64,000 bases of DNA, taken from the NCBI GenBank assembly GCA_003599235.1, contig QZJE01000003.1, forward strand, positions 3,779 to 67,778, in the 5' to 3' direction. The notes under the pieces are model-generated. The model had not been told where the DNA came from. It worked only from the letters and a program-made list of their open reading frames with translations, and did not search any database. A program made the translations under genes and the position numbers. The stretch comes from Actinomycetota bacterium (GTDB lineage Bacteria > Actinomycetota > Aquicultoria > SURF-47). Positions 31,486-42,166 of the stretch are shown here, piece after piece. How positions within the stretch are numbered: the first letter of the stretch is position 1; every line of letters starts with the position of its first letter.

Positions 31486-31902
31486 ATGCCATCTAGCAAA
31501 GAGCCTCTTTATATGATTGGAATAGCGGCAAAAAAAGCTAAGGTCCATCCGCAGACCTTAAGGCTTTATGAGCGAGAGAAATTAGTTAGGCCTCAAAGAA
31601 CGGGGGGCTCAACCAGACTGTATTCGGACTACGATATCGAATGCGTTATTGAAATACAGCACTTAACCCAAGATAAGGGCCTAAACTTAGCTGGCGTTAG
31701 AGTGCTTATGGATATGAAAGAAAAAGCCTTAAAGATGGCCGAGGAAATAAAAAAATATCAACAGGATATGATTGATTTGCAAAAGAAAATGGAAGAAGAA
31801 ATCGACAATGTCCATAAAAGCTATAAGAACGAACTTGTCCTTTATAAGCAGTCGCCGATTGCCCTGCTTAAAGCATTTGGCATCAATCTTGGCGAGGACT
31901 AA
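31486..31902 (+). CDS. hspR: MerR-family heat-shock repressor HspR
   Basis: VHPQTLRLYER..PQRT.G.TRLYS, GLNLAGV. Confidence 0.93.
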   Translation: MPSSKEPLYMIGIAAKKAKVHPQTLRLYEREKLVRPQRTGGSTRLYSDYDIECVIEIQHLTQDKGLNLAGVRVLMDMKEKALKMAEEIKKYQQDMIDLQKKMEEEIDNVHKSYKNELVLYKQSPIALLKAFGINLGED

Positions 31903-31917
31903 GTAAGGTGATGAATT

Positions 31918-34359
31918 ATGTTTGAAAATTATTCAGATAAAGCCAGAGAAGCAATAGCTACCGCTCAACAAATTCTGGCTTCAAGAGGACAAAGTCAATT
32001 AGGAAGCGAGCATCTATTGATGGGAGTGCTTTCGCAAAATGAAGGTATTATTCCTAAAATATTCGAGCTCTTAGGATACGATATTAATGTAGCCCGCACC
32101 AAAGCTAATGAGGTCTTAAGCATCGGTAAAAAAGGCACTTTAAATACTAAAAGCGGAGTAGCTCAGATATTTATCACCCCTGATGCTCAATCCTCAATGC
32201 AGTTGGCAGAAACTCAAGCTAAGGAAATGGGTGATACTTACATCGGCAGCGAACACTTACTCTTAGGTATAGCTTTAGAAAAGAACGGCAGTGGAGCTAT
32301 TGTTCTAAGTGAAATCTCGATGAGCGCAAAAGAAATAAAGAATGCTATTAACCAGCTAAGAGGCCAAGGCATAAGTGATGAAAGCTCTGAGTCGCCTTTA
32401 AAAAAATACGGCCGTAATCTAACTGAGCTGGCAAAAAAAGATGGGCTCGATCCGGTTGTAGGGCGAGACACCGAGATAAAAAGAGTAATCCAAATTCTCT
32501 CGCGGCGCACAAAAAATAACCCGGCTTTAATTGGTGATCCCGGAGTTGGAAAAACGGCCATTGTAGAAGGTCTAGCACAAAAAATCGTCAATAAAGAAGT
32601 GCCGGAGCTATTAAAAGACAAGGAGGTTATCTCCTTGGATTTAGGCTCTCTGGTAGCAGGAACCAAGTACAGAGGAGAGTTCGAGGAGCGCTTAAAAGCC
32701 GTTCTTGATGAAATACACAAACGAAAAGGAGAAATAATTTTATTTATTGATGAGTTGCACACTATGGTGGGAGCAGGAGCCGCCGAAGGTGCTATTGATG
32801 CATCTAATATGATGAAGCCGGCGCTGTCCAGGGGTGAGCTGCAGGCAGTTGGAGCCACCACCCTAGACGAATACCGCAAATACATTGAAAAAGACTCTGC
32901 CCTAGAGCGCAGGTTTCAGCCTATTGTAGTCAACCAACCATCTGTTGAAGATACCATTTTGATACTAAAAGGGCTTAGAAGCCGCTATGAAGACCACCAC
33001 AAGGTTAAAATTAGCGACGAAGCTATCCAAGCAGCCGCTAAACTTTCTGAGCGCTATATCTCCGACCGTTTTCTTCCGGATAAGGCTATCGACTTAATCG
33101 ACGAGGCTTCTTCAAAGATGCGCTTAGAGTCAATCATGCTTCCGCCTGATTTAATGAAAATGGAAAACCAGCTAACCGAGCTTACTAAGCAGGGAGCAGA
33201 AGCTGTCGAGCAACGAGAATATGAAAAAGCCGCCCAAATAAGAGACAAAACCGACAAAATACAGGCTGAATTAAAAGATAAAAAAGCTAAATGGCTTAAG
33301 GATAAAGGCATTACCTCCGTTGAAGTAACCGGTGAGCATATTGCCCAAGTGGTTTCTAATTGGACAGGAGTGCCGGTTACTAAAATGATGGAAGAAGAAA
33401 TCGCAAAACTTCTTAAAATGGAAAAAGCTATACACAAGCGTCTTATTAATCAGGAAGAAGCAGTAAAAGCAGTTTCTGAGGCCATCAGAAGAGCCAGAGC
33501 CGGCTTAAGCGAGCCGGGACGTCCTGTTGGTTCATTTCTATTTCTAGGACCCACAGGAGTAGGTAAAACAGAATTAGCTAAAGCATTAGCTGAGTTCTTG
33601 TTTAACGATGAAGCTGCCATTGTACGAATAGATATGAGCGAATACCAGGAAAAACATACTGTTTCCAGGCTTATCGGAGCTCCACCGGGCTACGTTGGTT
33701 ATGATGCCGGAGGACAACTAAGCGAGGCCGTACGCCGCCGGCCTTATAGTATTATTTTGCTGGACGAAATCGAGAAAGCTCACACAGATGTTTATAATAT
33801 TTTGCTGCAGATATTAGACGACGGCCGCTTAACTGATTCTTCCGGCCGCACGGTTAGTTTCAAAAATACGGTAATCATGATGACCTCAAACATAGGCTCT
33901 AGGCAGTTGACTAAAGAAAAAGAGTTGGGCTTTACAGCTTCTGGTAAAGAGAAGAGCTATGAAGATAGCAAAACCCTTGTGTTGGGTGAACTTAAAAAAG
34001 TGCTTTTGCCAGAGCTTTTAAACCGTATAGATGAAATTGTTGTCTTTCATCCTTTAACTTCAGTACAACTCAAAGAAGTAGCTATCCTGCTACTTAAGAA
34101 ATTACAATTACGAGTAGAAGCCCAAGGAATGTCATTAGAGATAAGCGAAGCTGTCTTAGATAAAATTGCTAAAGAGGGCTATGACCCCTCATATGGTGCC
34201 CGTCCTATGAAACGAGCTATTCAAAATCTAGTGGAAAACCCCTTGTCGAAAGCCATAATCGAAGGGATATATAGAGCCCCCCATGTAGTTAAAGCTGATA
34301 TAAGAGACAACCAAGTAGTGTTTAGCAAGATTAAAGAGAAAACAAAAACCACCAGCTAA
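31918..34359 (+). CDS. clpC: ClpC-type Hsp100 AAA+ ATPase
   Basis: Double Clp-N, two Walker A motifs, short UVR-like middle domain ([15 protein letters not shown]), LGF loop. Confidence 0.85.
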   Translation: MFENYSDKAREAIATAQQILASRGQSQLGSEHLLMGVLSQNEGIIPKIFELLGYDINVARTKANEVLSIGKKGTLNTKSGVAQIFITPDAQSSMQLAETQAKEMGDTYIGSEHLLLGIALEKNGSGAIVLSEISMSAKEIKNAINQLRGQGISDESSESPLKKYGRNLTELAKKDGLDPVVGRDTEIKRVIQILSRRTKNNPALIGDPGVGKTAIVEGLAQKIVNKEVPELLKDKEVISLDLGSLVAGTKYRGEFEERLKAVLDEIHKRKGEIILFIDELHTMVGAGAAEGAIDASNMMKPALSRGELQAVGATTLDEYRKYIEKDSALERRFQPIVVNQPSVEDTILILKGLRSRYEDHHKVKISDEAIQAAAKLSERYISDRFLPDKAIDLIDEASSKMRLESIMLPPDLMKMENQLTELTKQGAEAVEQREYEKAAQIRDKTDKIQAELKDKKAKWLKDKGITSVEVTGEHIAQVVSNWTGVPVTKMMEEEIAKLLKMEKAIHKRLINQEEAVKAVSEAIRRARAGLSEPGRPVGSFLFLGPTGVGKTELAKALAEFLFNDEAAIVRIDMSEYQEKHTVSRLIGAPPGYVGYDAGGQLSEAVRRRPYSIILLDEIEKAHTDVYNILLQILDDGRLTDSSGRTVSFKNTVIMMTSNIGSRQLTKEKELGFTASGKEKSYEDSKTLVLGELKKVLLPELLNRIDEIVVFHPLTSVQLKEVAILLLKKLQLRVEAQGMSLEISEAVLDKIAKEGYDPSYGARPMKRAIQNLVENPLSKAIIEGIYRAPHVVKADIRDNQVVFSKIKEKTKTTS

Positions 34360-34376
34360 ATAGGTGGTGGTTTTTG
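34344..34376. terminator. Intrinsic terminator
   Basis: AAAACCACCA..TGGTGGTTTTT. Confidence 0.75.
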
Positions 34377-34396
34377 TTGTGCCTAGCACCTGATAT

Positions 34397-34612
<216 letters not shown>

Positions 34613-34705
34613 CTATACTAGTTTTCAGACTTCTGACTTCAGACTTCAGCTGAGGTCTGGTTTTTATTTTTAAACAAAAAAAGTGATTTTGTAAAGAGAT
34701 ATTTA

Positions 34706-35407
34706 TTATTTTTTTATTATCGCCAGTGCGGCTTGGCGACCGCATTTATTATCTACTCTATATGAAAAATAATGCTTGTTTTGACACGAGGTGCAAATAC
34801 CTGCGGAAACAACATTGCTTTTAGGAATACCTAAACCAATTAACTGTCTCCTAACTGTTTGCTCCAAATCAACTTCATAACAACAATCCCCTACATGTGG
34901 GCCGATAAAGGCCCTAATAGATTCAGTTGGATGGCTTTGCAATAATTTTTTTAGAACTTTAGTAGCTATTTCCCTCTTTACTCCCTTGCGTCCTGCATGA
35001 ATGACAGCAATTTCCCGACTGTCTAAAGCTACTAGTATAAGAGGCAAGCAATCGGCAAAAAATAATGCTAGAGGCACGCCTGCTTCTTTTGTAATAAGGC
35101 AGTCACAATTATCAATTGCCACATCGTAACTAATACTCCCTCTGCCTACGTCGCTTTTTTTAACTACGGTAAAGTTGTCTGAGTGGGTTTGCTTGGCGCA
35201 AGTTAAATCGTTTAAGTCTATCTTTGTAGCCTCGCACAATTTCTGACGGTTTTTAATAACTGAGGTGCTTAAATCCCCTACATGGAGCCCTAGATTACCG
35301 GTGTCTTTATTTGTAAAAGCAATAAATATTTTGTGGTTTTTATTAAGCTTTGGAGAAGTTAGGTAGCTAATTCCCTGGTTTTTAATAAGCTTTAGAGAGT
35401 AATCCAT
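34706..35407 (-). CDS. pgeF: Polyphenol oxidase/peptidoglycan editing factor PgeF (YfiH)
   Basis: NLGLHVGD, QTHS, ADCLP, HAG, FSYR; follows ftsZ. Confidence 0.9.
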   Translation of the reverse strand: MDYSLKLIKNQGISYLTSPKLNKNHKIFIAFTNKDTGNLGLHVGDLSTSVIKNRQKLCEATKIDLNDLTCAKQTHSDNFTVVKKSDVGRGSISYDVAIDNCDCLITKEAGVPLALFFADCLPLILVALDSREIAVIHAGRKGVKREIATKVLKKLLQSHPTESIRAFIGPHVGDCCYEVDLEQTVRRQLIGLGIPKSNVVSAGICTSCQNKHYFSYRVDNKCGRQAALAIIKK

Positions 35408-35421
35408 AACATTAACAAAGC

Positions 35422-35450
35422 AAAAAGGCTCCGATTAATATCAGAGCCTT
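35422..35450 (-). terminator. Terminator after ftsZ
   Basis: AAGGCTCTGA..TCGGAGCCTTTTT on minus strand. Confidence 0.7.
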
Positions 35451-35468
35451 CTTACTTCATATGAAAAA

Positions 35469-36590
35469 CTAATCAGACTTTTTTAGAAAAGTGGGGACAT
35501 CTAAATCGTCGCCATTAAGTTCAGGAATATTATCCTTTTCTAAAATTGGTCCCGTATCAAATACATTTGCTTCAGATTCAGAAGGAGTTTCTTCTTCTGT
35601 TTCGCTAGTTGTTAGAAAATCAAGTTTTTCTTGTAGTCTGGTTCTGGCATCGAAGCCAGTAGCAATAACAGTTACCTTTAATTCTTCGCCTAACGAATCA
35701 TCAACAACTGTGCCGAAAATGATGTTTGCTTCCGGGTGAGCGGCTTGACTAATAGTTTCAGCTGCTTCATTGACCTCAAAAAGACCTACGTCTGAACCAC
35801 CGGATACATTTAGAAGTACACCCTTGGCTCCATCAATAGAAGCTTCAAGTAACGGAGATGAAATAGCTTGTTTAGACGCTTCTTTTGCCCTGTTTTCTCC
35901 GGTTGCAACACCTATACCCATTAAAGCTGAGCCGGCGCTACTCATGATGGTCTTAACATCAGCAAAGTCTAGGTTGATTAAGCCTGGTGTTGTAATTAAA
36001 TCTGTAATACCTTGTACTCCCTGACATAATACATCATCAGCTACCCGAAACGCATCTAAGATAGATATTCTTTTCTCGGATATTTGCAGTAGACGATCGT
36101 TTGGAATAATAATTAATGTATCTACTTTTTCCTTTAAATTTTCGATGCCATCTTCGGCTTGAACGCCTCTTTTGCGGCCTTCGAAAGCAAATGGTTTAGT
36201 TACGACTCCAACAGTTAGAGCTCCTACTTCTTTTGCAATTTCTGCTATTACCGGAGCTGCTCCTGTACCGGTTCCCCCGCCTTTTCCGGCAGTAACAAAT
36301 ACCATGTCTGAGCCCTGCAAGGCTTCCTTGATTTCTTCACGGCTTTCTTCTGCAGCTTGTGCTCCAACTACGGGATCGGCTCCAGCACCTAGCCCTTTAG
36401 TTAAATCACCACCAATGTGTATCTTTTGATCCGCATCCGCCATCATTAGAGCTTGAGCATCGGTATTGACCGCAATAAACTCAACGCCTTTTAGATTGGC
36501 TTCAATCATTCTGTTTACCGCATTAGTACCGCCGCCACCAACTCCAACAACCTTAATGACTGCCAAGTAACCTGCTTTTGGTTCCGCCAT
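35469..36590 (-). CDS. ftsZ: Cell division protein FtsZ
   Basis: [21 protein letters not shown]. Confidence 0.99.
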   Translation of the reverse strand: MAEPKAGYLAVIKVVGVGGGGTNAVNRMIEANLKGVEFIAVNTDAQALMMADADQKIHIGGDLTKGLGAGADPVVGAQAAEESREEIKEALQGSDMVFVTAGKGGGTGTGAAPVIAEIAKEVGALTVGVVTKPFAFEGRKRGVQAEDGIENLKEKVDTLIIIPNDRLLQISEKRISILDAFRVADDVLCQGVQGITDLITTPGLINLDFADVKTIMSSAGSALMGIGVATGENRAKEASKQAISSPLLEASIDGAKGVLLNVSGGSDVGLFEVNEAAETISQAAHPEANIIFGTVVDDSLGEELKVTVIATGFDARTRLQEKLDFLTTSETEEETPSESEANVFDTGPILEKDNIPELNGDDLDVPTFLKKSD

Positions 36591-36766
36591 AATCCTAAAA
36601 CCTCCTTAACACTTAACCTCTAGTTTAGGGTTAGACTTTAAGCGATTGCTCAAAGCTTAAGTATATACCTTAGCTTAAAACTATCAAAAATTCAAGTTTT
36701 TTAAAAAATTATATATTTTTGGTAGATTGGATAAACTATAAGGCTATACTTGAGGTTAAGACTTAT

Positions 36767-37552
36767 TTACTTCCCCATTGTCCTGGTAACTGGGTTTGAG
36801 GGTACCCTTACATCGATAACTAAAGGTTTGGTTTTCTCGGCTAAAAACTTCTCTATTAGAGTGTTCTTTAATTTGGCTTTCTTAGACGAACCATAAATAA
36901 TGGTTACCCCTTCAACTACTAAATACAAATCCTCTATGTTTTTGGCTCTTATCATTGATATTTTACTAGCAAACTTAGGACTAAAACGCCTGTAAACAGC
37001 CAGGGCATTTCGGAAGTTTTCTGTTTTTAATCTTGTTGCAACAGTTATTTTTGTATTAGCAAGCTCAATTACCGGAATTTTATAAGTTTCGCTAACATCT
37101 TTCTTGTTGGCAATAATATAACCATCACTATCTAGACAAAACTTTTTGCCTTCTGTGGTTACATAAAATACCGGTATTCTCTCGGTTACATAAATCGTAC
37201 AACCCAAAGGAAAGAATAAAAGCCCCAGGCCGGCTTTTTTAACCCAAGGAAGTCTCTCTATCTTTCTTATGATATCAGCTCGATTAATAGTTAATATTTT
37301 CTGCCCAATTTTTATACCTGAGCCTGAAATAATATCGCTTGATAGATTATGTTTGTTTCCGGCCACTCTAATTCTTTTAATTTGAAGAATAGGCGTTGTA
37401 TATAGAAGATAGACCACCATAGACACTATCGTAACAAACGTAAGGATTTGGAGCATAACCTTGCGTTTTGCTTTCTTTAAAGAAGTTAGTTTTTCCTCAC
37501 GTTTAGCTTTCTTTATTTGAGACAGAACTTGCTTCTTTTTTGACTGTTTCAT
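36767..37552 (-). CDS. ftsQ: Cell division protein FtsQ/DivIB
   Basis: TM + POTRA, position between murB and ftsZ. Confidence 0.85.
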   Translation of the reverse strand: MKQSKKKQVLSQIKKAKREEKLTSLKKAKRKVMLQILTFVTIVSMVVYLLYTTPILQIKRIRVAGNKHNLSSDIISGSGIKIGQKILTINRADIIRKIERLPWVKKAGLGLLFFPLGCTIYVTERIPVFYVTTEGKKFCLDSDGYIIANKKDVSETYKIPVIELANTKITVATRLKTENFRNALAVYRRFSPKFASKISMIRAKNIEDLYLVVEGVTIIYGSSKKAKLKNTLIEKFLAEKTKPLVIDVRVPSNPVTRTMGK

Positions 37553-38483
37553 ATAGTGCTGGTTTTGGCTCCTTAAAACCGCCGTAGACCTTAACCTCTG
37601 GCTTCAATCTAACACCGAATCTCTGATAGACATCGGCTTGTATTAATCTTAGCAGATAGAAAATGTCCTGGGCAGTAGCATTGCCATAATTTACAATAAA
37701 ATTTGCATGCTTGCTTGAAACTTTAGCCCCTCCAAGCATAGCACCCTTCCAACCGGCCTCTTCAATCAATTTTCCTGCTAAGAAGCCCTTTGGATTTTTA
37801 AAAACACTTCCCGCACTGGGATGTTTTATCGGTTGAGTTAGTTTCCTTTGTTTAAAATTGCGCTCCATATGCCCTTTAATACTTGCCTGGTTAGCTTTTT
37901 TAAGCTTAAAGACTACTTCTAAAACAATTTCTTCTTTCCCCACCAAACTTCTGCGGTATAGCGAGGTTAAATCGTTTTTCTCATAGCATATAAGTTTTAA
38001 ATCCTTTGTAAGGCAAGTGATACTGGTAATAACCGAGGATATATTACTACCATGAGCTCCGGCATTCATTCTAACAGCCCCACCAACACTTCCCGGGATT
38101 CCAATAGCAAAAGAAAGACCACTTAACCCTTGTCTATAAGCTTCGTTAACTATTTTAGATAAGGCTACAGAAGATCCGGCGTAAATATGGTCTTCTTCTA
38201 CTCTTAAGCTAGAGAACTCCTTTCCCAGCTTGATGGCCAGACCATTGTATCCGGAGTCTGAAACTAAAATATTTGAGCCTTTACCAATAATAAAATAGCC
38301 AAGGTTTGCTTTATTTGCAGTATTTAGAATAACCTTTAAATCATGCAAGGTGTCGGCAACGATGTAGACTTTAGCAGGTCCGCCTACTCTCCAACTGCAG
38401 TACTTAAATAAAGGCTCATTAATAGTTATCTTTGAATTAATTTTTGTGCTTAAATCTTTTGCTAGCGCACCGAAATCAACCAT
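37503..38483 (-). CDS. murB: UDP-N-acetylmuramate dehydrogenase
   Basis: VGGPA, GSNIL, IPGSVGG..MNAGA, SAGSVFKNP, HANF. Confidence 0.96.
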   Translation of the reverse strand: MVDFGALAKDLSTKINSKITINEPLFKYCSWRVGGPAKVYIVADTLHDLKVILNTANKANLGYFIIGKGSNILVSDSGYNGLAIKLGKEFSSLRVEEDHIYAGSSVALSKIVNEAYRQGLSGLSFAIGIPGSVGGAVRMNAGAHGSNISSVITSITCLTKDLKLICYEKNDLTSLYRRSLVGKEEIVLEVVFKLKKANQASIKGHMERNFKQRKLTQPIKHPSAGSVFKNPKGFLAGKLIEEAGWKGAMLGGAKVSSKHANFIVNYGNATAQDIFYLLRLIQADVYQRFGVRLKPEVKVYGGFKEPKPALYETVKKEASSVSNKES

Positions 38484-38486
38484 AGC

Positions 38487-39857
38487 TTATATCAACTTAG
38501 CTTTTTCGACGATTTCAGCTCCAACCGTCCAGATATCGCCTGCACCCATTGTTATTACCATATCGTGAGGTTTAATAGCGCCCTCAAGATATTTTTTTAC
38601 ATCATATAAGCTCGGTAAATAAGCCAGATCTGTATGCCCGTTGTTTTTAAGCACCTGGTCTACAATGAGCTTTGAGCTAACCCCTGGAATCGGTTCTTCT
38701 CCTGCGGCGTAAATATCGGTTATCACAAGTAGATCAGCTTCTATGAAAGCATCGGCAAAATCCCGGGCCAAAAACTTAGTGCGGCTAAACCGATGCGGTT
38801 GAAAGACACAGACTAAGCGCTTTTTTTTAGCAGATGATGCAGCTTGTAAAGTGGCAGCAATTTCGGTGGGATGGTGAGCATAATCGTCATAAAAATATGC
38901 TTTATTTGCTTCTCCTAAAAGCTGGAATCTCCTTTTTACTCCGCTAAAGCAAAGTAAGGCTTGCTTAATTTTTATGAAGTCAACTTTTAATTTTCTACAT
39001 AATGCAATGGCTGCTAAAGCATTGAGTACATTGTGGGCACCGGGAATATTAATAGTTATTCTTCCAAGCTTATTTTTACCTTCCATAACATCAAAAGAGC
39101 TCGACAATCCCTTATGTTTTATATTGCTAGCCCAAAAATCGTTATCTTTTGATAAGCCATAACTGACATAAGGCTGCTTTGTTTTATCGAGAAGTTGGCT
39201 TACATTAGGGTGGTCTTTGTAAGCTACAATAAAACCACCCGGTAAAAGCTGAGTACTAAATTTCATAAATAGTTTTTTGATTTTTTCAAAAGATCCGAAA
39301 TAATCCAGATGATCAGCCTCAATATTTGTTATTACCATAGCCATTGGATTCATGAATAATAGCGAACCATCACTTTCATCTGTCTCGGCTACCAAATACT
39401 GGCCACTTCCGTATTTTCCGTTGCTTCCTATATCATTTAGCTCTCCACCGATAAAAAAAGTAGGATTGAGACCGGCTTTTTCTAAAATAAAGGCCACCAT
39501 TGAAGTCGTTGTTGTTTTACCATGAGTTCCTGCTATTGCAATCGGCTTTTTTGTTTTAGCGATTTCGGCTAGCATCTTAGCCCTCTGGATAACTTGAATA
39601 TTCTTTTCTTTTGCAGCTTTTAGCTCGCAATTATCAGAGGGTATGGCAGATGAAATTACAACCACATCCGGATTTGTGACATTACTCTTTTTATGCCCGA
39701 TTAAGACTTTAATCCCGATTTCTTCTAAGCATTCGGTATTGCGGGATTCTTTGATATCAGAGCCGGCTACATTTGCCCCCATTTCTTTTAAGACCTTGGC
39801 AATGCCGCTCATACCGGCTCCGCCAATTCCTATAAAATAGTACTTCTTGTTTATCAA
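38487..39857 (-). CDS. murC: UDP-MurNAc-L-Ala ligase
   Basis: GIGGAGMS, GTHGKTTT, DDYAHHP; likely TTG start after GAGGGAG. Confidence 0.95.
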   Translation of the reverse strand: MINKKYYFIGIGGAGMSGIAKVLKEMGANVAGSDIKESRNTECLEEIGIKVLIGHKKSNVTNPDVVVISSAIPSDNCELKAAKEKNIQVIQRAKMLAEIAKTKKPIAIAGTHGKTTTTSMVAFILEKAGLNPTFFIGGELNDIGSNGKYGSGQYLVAETDESDGSLLFMNPMAMVITNIEADHLDYFGSFEKIKKLFMKFSTQLLPGGFIVAYKDHPNVSQLLDKTKQPYVSYGLSKDNDFWASNIKHKGLSSSFDVMEGKNKLGRITINIPGAHNVLNALAAIALCRKLKVDFIKIKQALLCFSGVKRRFQLLGEANKAYFYDDYAHHPTEIAATLQAASSAKKKRLVCVFQPHRFSRTKFLARDFADAFIEADLLVITDIYAAGEEPIPGVSSKLIVDQVLKNNGHTDLAYLPSLYDVKKYLEGAIKPHDMVITMGAGDIWTVGAEIVEKAKLI

Positions 39858-39891
39858 TTGGACTCCCTCTAACGCTCTAACACTCTCTTGT

Positions 39892-41019
39892 TTACCTCGC
39901 AAGAATTTTGATTTTATCGGCCTGCTCAATTACCAGCTTAGCTAAATCATTAGCTGCAAACGGTTTTCCCAGTTTCTGCAAATACTCTTTCATCTTAATC
40001 AACTCCGTACTGTTGAAAGCGAGTGAATTAACCATCTGGAATAGAACTTCCCCGTTAAAGTCATCGTCTAAAACCATGCGGGCTGCCCCGTGGTCGACTA
40101 GCGTTTGGGCGTTTTTTTGCTGGTGATTGCCGGTGGCATAAGGATACGGGACTAAAATCGAAGGTAGTCCGACTGCTGTTAATTCAGCAATGGTAGTTGC
40201 TCCCGCTCTGGCTACAACTAAGTCTGCTGCCGCGTAAGCCTCATTAAGATTATCTAAATAAGGGTGAGCTTGAAAACGCAACTTATCATTTACAGTAATT
40301 TTTTTAGTAATTCTTTTTGTGACTTCGTCGAAATGCTCCTTGCCGGTGACATGAATAATCTGTAAGTCCTTAGAGTCTCTAAACTTATCGTATGCCTCTA
40401 TCATTGACTCGTTGATTCTTTTAGCCCCTATGCTTCCGCCAAAAACCAACAGTGTTTTTCTGTCCGGATCAAGGCTTAACGTTTGAATTCCCTTTTGTCT
40501 CATAAGCCCAATCATGTTACGCCTGATAGGATTGCCGGTAAAAATTACCCGCTTAGCACGAGGAAATGTTTTTTCTTCATTAGGAAAAGAGGCAGCAACT
40601 AAAGTTACAAAGTGGCTTAATACCTTATTCGCTAGCCCCGGTATCGAGTTCTGTTCATGTATAACAGTAGGTATTCTTAATAGAATGGCAGCTGCTAAAG
40701 GAGAAAAGCTAACGTATCCACCCATTCCCACAACCACATTGGGCTTAAAGCTTTTGAAAAAATGCCATGAACTAAAAAACCCCTGAATCAAAGAGAGGCT
40801 GGCCTTAATATTTTGAAGGCTAATTGAACGCTTGAAACCGTATGCTTCAATAGCTCTGAAGTTGTAACCTGCCTTAGTAACAAGCTCTTTCTCGAGACCT
40901 CTATTGGTGCCTAAAAATACTACCTCGGCAACAGGGGCCTCTAATGACAACTCATCAGCTAAAGAAATCCCCGGATATATGTGTCCGGCAGTTCCCCCAG
41001 CACAAATTGCAACTTTCAT
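39892..41019 (-). CDS. murG: MurG glycosyltransferase
   Basis: GGTAGHIYP, HEQN, GNPIR, RAGATT; start at MKVAIC. Confidence 0.96.
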   Translation of the reverse strand: MKVAICAGGTAGHIYPGISLADELSLEAPVAEVVFLGTNRGLEKELVTKAGYNFRAIEAYGFKRSISLQNIKASLSLIQGFFSSWHFFKSFKPNVVVGMGGYVSFSPLAAAILLRIPTVIHEQNSIPGLANKVLSHFVTLVAASFPNEEKTFPRAKRVIFTGNPIRRNMIGLMRQKGIQTLSLDPDRKTLLVFGGSIGAKRINESMIEAYDKFRDSKDLQIIHVTGKEHFDEVTKRITKKITVNDKLRFQAHPYLDNLNEAYAAADLVVARAGATTIAELTAVGLPSILVPYPYATGNHQQKNAQTLVDHGAARMVLDDDFNGEVLFQMVNSLAFNSTELIKMKEYLQKLGKPFAANDLAKLVIEQADKIKILAR

Positions 41020-41065
41020 ATTCTCTCCATCGGGGACAGTCCCCACTTCCTCTAGGCTCTAACCT

Positions 41066-42166
41066 CTAATCTCTAGCCTCTAATTTTGTCTGCTTAGCAA
41101 TATTAAGCAATATTCCGATTCCTATCAAGCTAAATAGCATTGAAGAGCCGCCGTAACTTACTAACGGCAACGGCACACCGGTTATTGGCAAAAGACCTAC
41201 TGCTGCAGCAATATTTACAATAGCCTGGGCGATAATCATTATCGTAATCCCGCTAGCAAGTATCTTGCCGTAGCAGTCCTTAGTTTGACTAGCAATTACA
41301 AATCCGCTAAAAGCAAACATGGCTAAAGCAACAACTAATCCTATAGTGCCAATGAGCCCGAGTTCCTCCCCAATTGTTGCTACGATAAAGTCGGTATAGG
41401 CTGCCGGCAAAAATAAAAACTTTTGCTTGCCAAGCCCCAGTCCCACGCCAAAGATGCCTCCTGAGCCAAGCCCTAACATAGACTGTATAATTTGAAATCC
41501 CCTCCCTTGCGGATCTTGCCAAGGGTTTAGAAAACCAAGAAATCTTTGACGTCTATAAGAGCTCGAAAAAATAAAAAACAAGCCGGAGAATGCTCCGGTA
41601 ACGGTAATGGTTAGTAGATGATCCAATCTTGCCCCTACAATAAATATGCAGGTAAAAACAGAAATTAAAATAAGAAAAGCCGTTCCTAAATCCGGCTGAA
41701 GAAGCACCATGGCAGCAACAACGATAATGGTAGTTAATGGCAGATAATCATTCCAGTTAGCAAGGTGCCCTTTTTTTAATTTTATTATGTAGGCGGCAAA
41801 CAGTATTGAGGATAGCTTAGCCAGTTCTGAGGGCTGGAGGTTCATAAACCCTAAGGGGATCCAGCGGGTAGAACCAAAAGCTGACTTTCCTGCTCCGGGA
41901 AGAAAAACCACTATCAACAAACCGACAGTTGCAAACATTAACGCAGGAGCTATTTTGTTAAGTTTTTTATAGTTAATTCGATAAGCAAAATAACCCCCTG
42001 CTAGTCCCAGGCCAATCGATAATAAGTGCCGCCAGAAATAATAAAATGTATCGTGATGATGTTCAAAAGCAATTATTTGGCTGGAGCTAAGTACCATTAC
42101 CGAGCCCAATAAAAGCAAGGTTGAAGTTGTCCCTAATATCCAATAATAAGTTCTGGGTTGTCTCAT
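41066..42166 (-). CDS. ftsW: FtsW
   Basis: LQPSELAK, QPDLGT, TGVPLPLVSYGGSS. Confidence 0.96.
   Translation of the reverse strand: MRQPRTYYWILGTTSTLLLLGSVMVLSSSQIIAFEHHHDTFYYFWRHLLSIGLGLAGGYFAYRINYKKLNKIAPALMFATVGLLIVVFLPGAGKSAFGSTRWIPLGFMNLQPSELAKLSSILFAAYIIKLKKGHLANWNDYLPLTTIIVVAAMVLLQPDLGTAFLILISVFTCIFIVGARLDHLLTITVTGAFSGLFFIFSSSYRRQRFLGFLNPWQDPQGRGFQIIQSMLGLGSGGIFGVGLGLGKQKFLFLPAAYTDFIVATIGEELGLIGTIGLVVALAMFAFSGFVIASQTKDCYGKILASGITIMIIAQAIVNIAAAVGLLPITGVPLPLVSYGGSSMLFSLIGIGILLNIAKQTKLEARD

Noticed and set aside
32238..33437. Long antisense ORFs opposite the Clp ATPase
   Set aside because: Typical antisense shadows of a conserved gene
36590..36767. Missing ftsA as an anomaly
   Set aside because: ftsQ-ftsZ without ftsA is normal in Actinomycetota
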